NCBI GenBank assembly: GCA_017499595.2
Contig: CM039004.1
Coordinates: forward strand, 124,001 to 188,000
Origin: Psilocybe cubensis
Taxonomy: Eukaryota
Reading direction: 5' to 3'
DNA length: 64,000 nucleotides
Of this stretch, positions 49,901 to 61,200 are shown piece after piece. A program made the position numbers and the translations under genes. Below the pieces are notes generated by a model. The model was not told the DNA's origin and made no database searches. It was given only the letters and a program-made list of their open reading frames with translations. Numbering within the stretch: position 1 is the first letter of the stretch; the number at the start of each line of letters is the position of its first letter.

Positions 49901-52900
49901 CACCGCACCTTCCACCAACCCCAACCCCCTCAAACGCAACCCAACTCACCCAACTCAAACTCAAACAGCCCTAACCCAACCCAACCAGCCCTAACTCAAC
50001 TCAAACAGCCCTAACAACATCCCCCTCAAACCCAACCAACCCCCTCTCCCTCATCCCGCCCACCGCACGCGCAACCTCGCCCGTATCAAACTCCTCATGC
50101 TTATCAGGCGGCATCGCGGCGTTGAGGTAGGCCAGGAGCGCGGAGATCGTGAGGTCGTCCGTGCGCTCATAGGTTGTGTTGAGGAGGTGGGCGATGGAGA
50201 GGGATATGAACGCGTTTCTGGGTGAGGGTGAGGGTGAGGGACAGGGGTGAGGGGGGAGGGGAGGAGGGAGGGAAGAGGAGTTAGTAAATGTGTTTTTCGC
50301 ATTTTAGACACGCCGAATAAAATTAAAAACACCCCAAAAGAAAATAAAGCAAGAACCGGAGGTCGTCTATGACGATGTATACCATATCGTATCATATGCA
50401 CAATATACAACCCATCCTCCATCTCTCTCTCTCTCTCTCGAAGAAAAAAAAAACAGAGCTTGGAAAAAAGAAAGCGACTCACCTCCCCGCAGGAGAATCT
50501 AAATCCGCAAGCCCAGGCGGAACAGCGAACGGCCAGCCTCCTCCCGCTCCTGCATCCCCGCGTCTTCCACCAGCGCGCCTCCTCCCTCCACCCGCACCCG
50601 TCCCAGCACCACCAGAATCTCGAACGCTCTCACCGTGCACCCCCACGCCCATATTCATACCCACACCCATGCTGATGCTCATACTATCACCACCGCCAGC
50701 GCCGATACCAGCGCCGATACCAGCGCCAGGTCCAGCAGCAGCACCACCGTCCTCGAAATCGTCATACTCATCGTCGTCAGCCCACGGCGGACGCGCGATA
50801 CCAAGGTGCGCGTGTACATCTCGATATCCGTGTCCTTGACTGTGTGCATGACCATGTCCGTGTCCGTGTCCGTGTGCGTCTCTGTACCCATGCCCGTTCG
50901 CACTTACACCGGCACCAGAGCGCGAGCCGGGTCTCGAAGCGGACGAGGAGGACGACGCTGTATGGCCTTGCCCATGCCCATGTCCGTGCGCATAAGAGTA
51001 GGAATGAGAGTGGGAATGAGAATGAGAGTGCGAATGGGACGGTGCAGTGCGGAACGCGGGGCCCAGTGTGTACCTCCCCTGCGTGCTTCCCTGTGCGTGG
51101 CCCTGTGTGTGTGTATAGGCGTGTTGATGCGTTTCGCGCGCGTACGCGTGCCCATTACCATGACTATTTCCATGTCCATGCGCATGTCCATGTCCTGAAG
51201 CGTGTGACGAAGACCCACCGCGCGCGCGGCCGCTTGTAACATCACGCTCACGCTCGCGGTCGCGCTGCGATTGAGATTGAGATTGGGAATGCGACTGAGA
51301 CTGAGATTGGGAGTATAAAGACGGCGAGGGCATAAGCGACGCATACGGGTTCGCGTTCGAACTCGCGTTTGCATACATCGAATTCCTGCGTCCCTGTCCC
51401 TGTCCCTGACCCTGCTGCGAACCACCCGCACCCGCACCCGCACCGGCAGACGCAGGAAGAGGAGGAGGATGAGAATGAGGCGAAAGCCCACGCGGGGCAT
51501 TCGCATTATACCCCGCCGCAGTCGCCGCCGCCTCTGCGTCCTCAGCTGTATCCATTATACCGCGGTCGTGGTAATATGCAGGCGATCCTGGTGCGGATGC
51601 TTTGTGTTTCGCTTTCAGTTTAGGTTGAGGTTTACCCGTAGCCGGCGTACTGTTACCTTTCTTCGTCGTGGAGGTAGAGGTAGAAGTAGTATTCGAGCTC
51701 GCGGTAACTTGCTTCTTAAGCACCGCCTTCCTCGTCGTCGATGCCGACGTCGACGTCGAGGACGACCCGCCGGCGGTAGAATTGCCGACTTTGTTAAGCT
51801 TGGGAGATGGAGATGTAGGCGTTTCGCGGGTGATAGGGTTTCCCTCTGCGTCAACCTCAACCTCAACCTCAACTTCAACCTCAGCTTCACCTTCGACCTC
51901 GGGCTCGCCGTCCGCATCTGCATCTGCATCACCGTCGGCGTCGGCGTCGTTTGCGTCGTCGCCCTCGACGTTGGATTTGTCCGCGTTGGGTTCAGCTTCA
52001 GCTTCAGCTTCGCCGTCGGCGTCGGCGTCGCCCTCTGTCATCTCAACGTCCGCTTCCACATCGCCCTCGCCCTCAGCATCCTCGCGATCAGAAACCAACT
52101 CGTCTTCGCCTTCATCCTCCTCATCCTCATCCCGCTCATCCTCTCCATCCCCATCCCCATCACCATCCCCATCCTGCTCATCTTCAGACACTTCCTCCCT
52201 GGCACGACCTCCCATACGCATGCGCATGCGCGTACCAGCCTCGTCCTCCATATCAACGTCCCCATCTCCATCTCCATCCCCATCCACATCCATCATCCGC
52301 GAAGCGCCATACCGACCCGCCTTCGCCTTCACCTTCGCCTTATACCCGCCCTGCTCTCTTTGCTGACTCTGCAAATGCACCTGAAACCGATACTCCTGCT
52401 CTTCCCCAATCTCCAGCTCAAGATCGTGCTCGCGCTGTTGTTGCAGCATCATCTCATACTGCTCTTTGGGAGTGAGTCGGAGTTTTTTCTTGGGCTGGGT
52501 GTGTTGGGCTTGAGCGTGTGGGAGGTGGGATGAGGGCGGGTGTGTGTGCGCGTGGATGGGTGCGTGGGTGGAGGAGTAGGTGTGGGCGTTGAACGACGCT
52601 TGCCCCTGCCCCTGCCCCTGCATATTTCCATGTCCATGTCCATGTCCATGTCCTTGTCCTTGTCGACGCGAGCTGGACGCGGCACCGGACACAGAAGCGG
52701 AAGCGGAAGCAGAGGCGGAGGCGGAAGCGGAAGCTTGCATCTGCGTCATCTTTTCATGACGGCGTTCGCTGTGTTGTGTGGTGTATCAGCATCGCGAGTC
52801 GGTAGGTCGGTAGATTGGTGGGGTGAGCAGACGGGGTGTAGCGCAGGAGATGGGATATAGCGGGTAGAGGGGGGTAGAGAAAAAGATAATGAGAAAGAGG

Positions 52901-55214
52901 AAGAGAAAGAGGAAGAGAAAAGGATGTCAGCGCTCGATCATCATATACAAATCCGAATCAAAACGAAGAAATTTTAAAAATCAAGAGGAAACATGCAGAA
53001 TGAATGGGTGAGTATGTGCTGTTGAAGTGCAGTCCAACAGCTGCTCAAACGCCACGGACTCTGAACAAAAAATGCCAAGTCCACGTTTGCATCCGGCGCT
53101 GCACGCACAGACCACCTTTATCACTTGCTCTCTACCCACCACCCACACAACACACACAACACACACAACACACCAACAAAATCGTAACAACACCAACGCC
53201 CAATTCAATTCAATTCAAAGAAAAGAAAAGAAAAGAAAAGAAAAGCAAAGAAAAGCAAAGAAAATAAAAGAAAAGACAAGAAAAGAAAGTCTAAAAGTTG
53301 AAAAGACACTCACAACCGCCTCACACACTTATTCCGATGCTGGATCCACGGATACGCACAATAGCTGCTGTCCTGGCGGAGCTGCACCCATTTCATGCAC
53401 AGACTGCAGAATACGCGGTTGGGTTGGACTTCGCCTATCAAGCTATAACGCACAAGGACAAGGACAAGTACAAGTACAAGTAGAAGGGCATCAGCACATA
53501 GATATATGAATGCTAAGAAATGGTAAGAGAAAAAAGAAACAAAACTCACTGATCAGCTCGAAGCGTCGCAGCCCGCTGCTCCGCGTTCCTCCGCCGACTC
53601 TCATGCGCGAGCGTCTGTCCGGGCGCGTGCGTGTATGTGTTGGGCGTCAGTGACAGTGCCAGTGCGGTGTAATCACTGTGCTGCTGCTGCTGTTGATGGT
53701 GGTGGTGTTGCGCGTCGATATCGCCGTCGAGGTCGCCTTCGAGGTCGACACTGCGTCGGAGGTCGTCGTGCGCTGCTTCCCCATCGCCGTCGGCGTCAGC
53801 GTCAGCATCGGCATCAGCGTCGGGGTCAACTTCACCCTCGCCATCCTCCCCACCCTCACCCTCGCCAACCCCCTCGCCCTCGCCCTCGCCCTCACCAACC
53901 TCCCCACCCTCGCCCTCCCCACCCACCCGCATCCGCATCTTCGCCTGCTGCGCCTGCGCCTGCTCCTGTGCCCTTCGCAAACTATGCCTCTGCGGCAATC
54001 TCACAATAGGCGTCTTCTCACGTCCCGCACCCGCGCCCGCGCCCGCACCCGCGCCCGCACCCGCGCCCGCACCCGCACCCGCACCCGCACCCGCACCCGC
54101 ACCCGCGCCAGACGCAGACGCTGAGCCAGACGCTGGGACTGATGCTGATGCAGAGCCAGGTGTAGATGATGTGCCAGGACAGCCTTTCGCCAGCGGCACG
54201 CCGTACCCGCGCCAACTCCTATTTTGGCCCTGCTGTCCTTGCTGGCCTTGTTGTCCTTGACTTTGACTGTGCCCCTGCCCCTGCCCCTGTCCTTGACCGC
54301 GCGCTTGCGATTGCGCTAGACCTTGCGCTTGTACACGCCCACCCGCCCCCGCACCAGAGCCAGAGCCAGAAGGCGGCGTAGGAAAGCGCGGGACCTGGAT
54401 CTGCCCCTGTCGCCCTTGCGCGTGCGCACCAGCACTAGCACCAGCACCAGCACCGCTGACGCTGACGCTGACGCTGCCCGGTCTCGTCGGGCCTTCCCCC
54501 GAAGCGGAAGCGGGAGGGTGCGACCCAGACCCAGAACCAGAGCCGGAACCAGAACCAGAACCAGACCCAGAAGGTGGCGGTGGCGGCGGCGCACCCGTCG
54601 AAGTCGAAGTCGAACCCGAACCCGAAGTCGAAGCGTGCGTATTCGGGTGCGTCTGGCTGCCGTTGCCGTTGTTGGGTGCAGAAGAGGGATGAGTCGGGTT
54701 CGGTGGATGAGGGTGCGGGTGAGAGTTTGGGTGTGGGTGTGGGGTGTGATGAGGTTGAGGGTACGGCTCGATGCGCGCGAATCTGTGGGATGTGGAAATT
54801 ATGTGGTGAGTGAGTGAGAGGTAGGTTTTGGGGAGGTGAGGAGGAGGAGGGGAGAAAATAGGGGGTTAAGTGAAGAGAGAAAAAAATGAAAAGAAATGAA
54901 AGAAAGCAAGTGGGGTGGGGGATACTCAGCATGACGGCCGGCTGGGTGGGAGCGCATGCGCATGCGCAAAGGGGCAAAGGGGCACGCGTGCGCACACGCA
55001 CACGCGCAGCGAGCCCAGCACCGCATTCATCCAACCACTCATCCATCCAACTCGCCCAACGCATATCAAAAATCAGATGTCCATATACCACCCACACCCA
55101 ACGCAACACCGCCAAAAAAAACCAGCCCCAACAATACCAAAAGAAATCCACAACCAAAACCAAACCAAAAAAGGCCAAACCAAAAAACCCACAAAACAAA
55201 AAAACCCACAAAAA

Positions 55215-55249
<35 letters not shown>

Positions 55250-58200
55250 CACTCACCCACCACCCGCCCCCGCCCCACCACCACCACCACCACCACACCC
55301 CTCGCGATGCCTCACCCACACATCGATCGCCGCGCCATGATCGTCGCTCGGCACGGGCACCCACCGGTCGCACAGCCCGCAGAGCACGCGCTCGGGGTCG
55401 AATTTGCGCACGTCGGGGTCGTTGGTGAAGAGTGTGTTGCGCGTATCGAGGGCGTGGATGTTTTTGTTTGATCTGTGAGTGAAACGGGGAGGGGAGGGAG
55501 GGTAAGTAAACGAAAAACACAGTCAAAAAAGTACGTCAACCAGACACAACAAAATGGGATCCCAAATACTGCCAAAAAAGAAGAAGAAAAAAACAAAAAA
55601 ACAAAAAAACGTACATCTTCTTAGCCAAACAACTCTTCCGATGCGCATCCCACGGGATACTACAATACGTCGAATTCGGTCGGAGCCTAATCCACTTATC
55701 GCAGTTCGCGCACAATACGCGGTACGCTTCGAAGGAGGCGACGTAGGGGTCCGAGCGGAGATGCGCGATGCGCTCTTCTTCGGTGCGTTTAGCGCGGCGC
55801 CGTTTTTGGAGGGGGTGCGGTTGGGGGTGCGGGTGTGGGTGGGTGAGAGGGTGAGGATGGGAAAGAGGATGCGAGAGGGGGTGCGAGAGAGGGTGTTGGG
55901 CGTGGGCGTGCGAGAGGGGGAGGGAGAGGGAGAGCGCGTGTTGGGTGTGTTGCGAGAGGTGCGGCGAGAGATGCGAGAGATGCGCGGATGAAGGGTGCGC
56001 GAGCGGTTGCGCATGCGATGGATGCGAAGCGTGCGCGTGAGTATGCGCAAGCGCCGATAAATGCGCTGACGAAGGGTGAGCCGCGTACCCCGCCCCCACA
56101 CCCGTCGACGACGACGGAGACGGTGCAGCTACAGGCGACATCGACGCCGACGCCGACGCGGGCGAGCGTTGCTGTCTCTGCCTTTGCGCCTGCGCCTGCC
56201 CCTGCGCCTGAGCATGAGCGTGGCCTTGCGACTGCGCATGGCCCTGAGATTGGGATTGGGATTGGGATTGGGAATGGAACGCGCGCGGACGGGGAAGCGG
56301 CCGGATATTGTATCGTCCCAGATACTCCTCCCTCTCCCTTTCCCTCTCCCCCTGCCCCTGCCCATGTCCATGTCCATGCCCCTGTCCCTGTGCGTGTCCG
56401 TGCCCGTGACCCTGTCCCCGCGCATCAGACACAACCGATGACCCTCCGCGCGCGCGTGAACCTGGATGTACACCTGTACGTGGAGCGGGACCAGCGATGG
56501 CCGACCCGCCGACGCCCTCGTCTGCGGATTCGGCGTCGGCTGGGTCGTTGGACGCTGCGAGACCTGGGCTGTTAAGATGAATTTTGGGATTGTCAGTTTT
56601 TTGTTTGTTCTAGGAGGGTGGTTTAAAATAATGGGGAGAGAAAAGTGGGTGAGAGAAAAGTGGGTGGAAGGGAGGGTGGAAGGGAGGGAGGGAGGGGTGT
56701 GTTCTTCGGAACCGAATAGGCGTGCATCATGGGCGAAGGCGGAGTGACGCGTCCAACCGCAACGTCAACATCCAATGTCCAATGTACAGGACGTATACAA
56801 GCCGCGCACAACCGCACCCACAAAAATCCACAACCCACACAACCCACAACCCACCACCAAAACGATCCCAAAAAAAAAGATCCCAAAAAAAACAAAAACA
56901 AAAAAAATTGAAAGGAAAAAAACATAATGAAAAAAACAAAAAAAAACCAAAAAAAAAAACTCACCAAACACCCCGATGCGCCTCCCAATGTTTAACCGTA
57001 AAACTGCCCGTGCGCGTGTCGCGGAACGAGACGGCCGCACCGCATGTTTCGCATGTGACGCGGCCTGCGATATATTCGTCTTTTTCTTTTTCTTTTTCGT
57101 CTCTGTCGTTGGATTTTTCGTCGGGTTTGGATGTGGATGTGGCTTCGTCGTCGTCGTTGGATTTGGGTTTGGATTTGTCGTCTTTGGGTTTGTCGTCTTG
57201 GTCGTCTTTGGAGGAGAAGGAAGTGGTAACTTTGTCGTCTTTAGACGAGGCGGATTTGTCGTTTTTGGAGCGACTGCTGCTGGTGATGGTAGCCGCGGAT
57301 TGATCGTCGTTCCGCGCTTTGCCTCTCTCCTCTTTGCGCCTCTCACTTTCCACTTCCACTTCCACTGCCGCTGCACTCCCACTTTCCCCGCCTTCATCCG
57401 TTCCGATTTCTTTTGACTTGGACACGGTGGCGGTGGAAGTGCTTGCGTTCGCCGTCCTCCCATTATCATCATCATCGTCCGCGGGCTTGGGCTTGGGCTT
57501 CGTAGGCGTGTTGCTCGAGCGCGCATCATCCACGCGCACTCCCTTGTCGGAGATATCATCTCCACTCGCACCGACGCGCGCACCGGCACCTTCAGCGTCA
57601 TGCGCCGCAGCAGCGGCAGCAGCGTCGAGGTCGACGTCAAGGTCGACGTCCATCCCGTTTTCCTCCTCCCCACCTACACCCGCACCTACACCACCCGCAC
57701 CCGCACCCGCACCCGCACCTGAACCGGCACCCCCACGAGCATCGATCCTAGCTTTCTTCCTCGCTCTCCCGCCCTCTGCCTCACCCTCTAGGCTCTCCAT
57801 GTCCTGTACATTCGCGCTCGCGCTCGCGTGCTCATCATGCGCAGCGTCTACATCCGACGCTAACCCAGACCCAGACCCTGCTCCTGACACTGACCCAGAC
57901 CCAGACCCTGCTCCTGACGCAGATACCGATGCAGATGCAGCGGGACTCCCCTTCGACGTTGACGTCGACGTTAAACTCGAAGTTGACGAGGGAGGTTTTG
58001 CATGGTTTGCGTTGGTGTTGGCGTTTGCGTTTGCGTTGGGGTTAGCGTTGATGGAGGTTGGAGATCCTACTCCCACTCCCACTCCGGATCCCGAGTCTGA
58101 AGCGCGGGATTTGCGCTTGAGTGCGTTTCTATATGAGAGTGAGGTGAGTGAGTGAATGAGTGAATGGTTAGGAGCAGACGAGTGGGAGGAAATAAAAGGA

Positions 58201-61200
58201 CAAAGTGATCATATAAAATGTGAAAAGTGATAAAAGTGAAATGTAGATGAGGAGGTAAGAGAAACGAGAAACGAAGGGAAGAGAAAGGGTGAGGCGAAGA
58301 GGTCATGAAGTGGCGACCGCACCGACCACGCGAGAAAAAGACATAAAACACCCAACGACACAATAAAAAAAACGAATGGCAAAAACGAATAGGAAAACGA
58401 ATGGCAAAAACGAATAGGAAAACGAATAGGAAAACGAAAACGAATAGGAAAAGGAAAACGAAAACGAAAACGAATAGGAATAGGGAAGAAAACCACGTAC
58501 GAGGTAAACGACGTCCTCGAAGCCATACCAATTCCAAATTCCAAATATCCACTTCACTTCACTTCACTTCTCTTCACTTCACTTCACTTCACTTCTCGCA
58601 GAACTATACCACCAATAGCAATACCAACACAACAGTCGAAAAAATCAAAATCACAATCACGACTACTACTCGCGAGTGCGAACTTGAAAATCGAAAGTCG
58701 AAAGTTGAAAGTCGAAAGTCGAAAGTCGAAAGTCGAAAGTTGAAAGTTGAACAAGGTTGAGCGTGGATAGTAGGTGAGATAGGGGTTACCGTTACGTTCG
58801 ATAGCGAGAGTAGTTGTGGTTTGAGGTTCGAAGTCGAGGTTCGAGGTTCGATGTTGGAGGTATCCGCCAGACAGACAGATATACAGGAGCGCAAGATGCG
58901 AGATGCGAGATCGCACGAGGGTATAACCGCGGTGGGTCGCAAAGCAATCGAAAATCAAAGGAAGTGAAAGATGCCAAAGAAGAGAGAAAGAGAGAAAGAG
59001 AGAATCAGCACCATCCTCGTCTTATATACGCTATACACCTCCACATCGCAGACTGTAGTATATGATTAAGTCAACATGGACGATGTTGTCCATGATGTTA
59101 TATGTAACAGCCGAAAAGGGCATTTACATGTGTACACACAACACAGGCATATGATGTCGTCGACATCGACATCGACATCGACCTCGAGGTGGATGTGGAG
59201 GTCGGGATAGGGGGTGAAATCAGAATGCGGAATATGAGCTCACCTCGATGTAGACTCCAAGTCAGGTATACCGAGTCGAGTCGAGTCGAGTCGAGTCGCA
59301 GTAGCAGTAGCGGTAGCACAAAGAGTGTCTGTGTCAGTGGAAAGAGCAAAAAGTTGAAAAACAGCGGCTGCTCAGTCATAGCCCATCAAGAAAAGGACGA
59401 GCGAAGGTTCCAACGTTCAAGATCAAGTTAATAAAATGCCCAAAGCCTAAATCCCAGGAAGGACACAGGAAGGGGGGGACCAGTACAAAAAAAGGAAAAA
59501 GGAAAAACTAAAGCGAAAAAGAAGGCGGTGAGACCTTAGATGGGTCGCAACAACAACAACAACAACAGGGAACACGGGCGAGCGGCGACAAACGAGCGAT
59601 GGAGATCATACGTGTATGTATAGTATATACATAGCCATACCCATACCCATCAACCTCCCAAATCTGCATCTCCACCCCCCCCTCCACCCGAATCTTAACC
59701 TTCTTTTCATTTCAGCGAATAACAAAAAGAAAATCACGACGGAAGACTTAATTCGGTTCCCCTACAAGGGCAAGGGGGGGGGGGCGCCACCCGCCAAATG
59801 ACAAACGAGGTACAGATGTAAAAAAAATCCAGTGTCCTCGTTCCCACACACGTTTCAAAGTCCGCTTAATGAAATTTAGTCGTCACGTCACAGATCCATC
59901 CAACCCAACCTAACCCACCCCCCAACCCCTGTGGTGTCAAATATAGTGTTGTCGCTATGTTCCCATCCGAGCATACGATCGCTCGCTCGATCCCACCCCC
60001 ATGTCATTCACTGTCACCCATAGAAATGCGTCATGTCCATCCCACCCCCACCCTCGATTCCGCATTCTGGCAAAACAAACACGCGTAGGCGTCTGTTATA
60101 GTGCCCTCTTTTAACTGATTGGAAAGACTCAAGTGGACAGATGTAGTGCTGGCTTGTTAGTGGTCATCTTAGTTATTGCTATATCACCCTAGGAATGCGG
60201 AGACACACTGGAGACAGACAGACGCGCACATGTACAACGTGAGTTCTTTAATTAACCGTGCGAACGGGGAAAAGCAAACATGTCCCCAAATAAACATGCG
60301 AACATCACACGAGTTGTTTGGTATGGTATACCCACATATGCGATTCCCTCACCGTCCCATCCTCTCAAAGAAATACGATATACGATATACGAAAAATGAA
60401 CATGAAATTAAAGTTAAAGGAGACAGAAATGGAAATGGAAGCTGAAACGAAAACGGAAAAGGAAACGGAAGGAGAGTAATAAACCTACATTTTGACTAAT
60501 ACATACACCCGCACCTACACCCGCGCGCTATGTCCTCGGGCATAGAACATCTGCATCCTCATTCTCAACCTCATGCATCATCAAGACAGGAGTCATCAGG
60601 AGTCATCATCGATCATCACACATCACACCACGTCCAATATGGAATCAAACTACCTCGGAACGGAACAGAAAAGAAAAGAAAAACAGGAAAGGAAGTGGTA
60701 ATAACTTAGATAAACTCGGAATCTGGAAAGAATGAAGTAATGAAAGAAGGAAGAAGGAAGGAAGGAAGGAAGGAAGGAACTAGAGCGACACTAGACGAAA
60801 CGAAACGAACGTCAAGAAACAACAGTCAAGTGGTTCCCCGGCCTATCGACATAGAAGCGCCGATGCCGATTCGATCATCGTCCAACACTGACACTGACAC
60901 TGACACTCCTTCTAATTGTAAAGTAGTCGCTCGATTTTCGTTCTGATCCATCACATGTACATGCACATGCACATGCACACCACCACCACCACACCACACG
61001 CTCTACCGCCATCTCCTTATACATCTCCTTATTCATCTCCTTGTTCATCTCCATCCCATCAAACAAGTCCTAGTCAAGTCCCGTTCGCATCCGGTGCCAA
61101 GTCCGCATTTCCCATTTCCCATTTCCCATTTCCCATTTCGCGATTTGAAATTTGAAATTTGAAAATTTTAATTTTGTAATTCTCAAATCGCAAGAGTGCC

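Noticed and set aside
49965-50015. CCCTAA-containing repeats suggesting interstitial telomere
   Set aside because: Not tandem CCCTAA. This is a local duplication of the gene's last codons and 3' flank.
50369-58155. Many long plus-strand and alternative-frame ORFs over the zinc-finger gene
   Set aside because: Shadows of stop-poor GC-rich hexamer repeats. Only the minus-strand spliced frame contains structured domains.
58374-58750. Regularly spaced short repeats superficially like a CRISPR array
   Set aside because: Simple tandem 5-12-mers without unique spacers, in a eukaryotic context.
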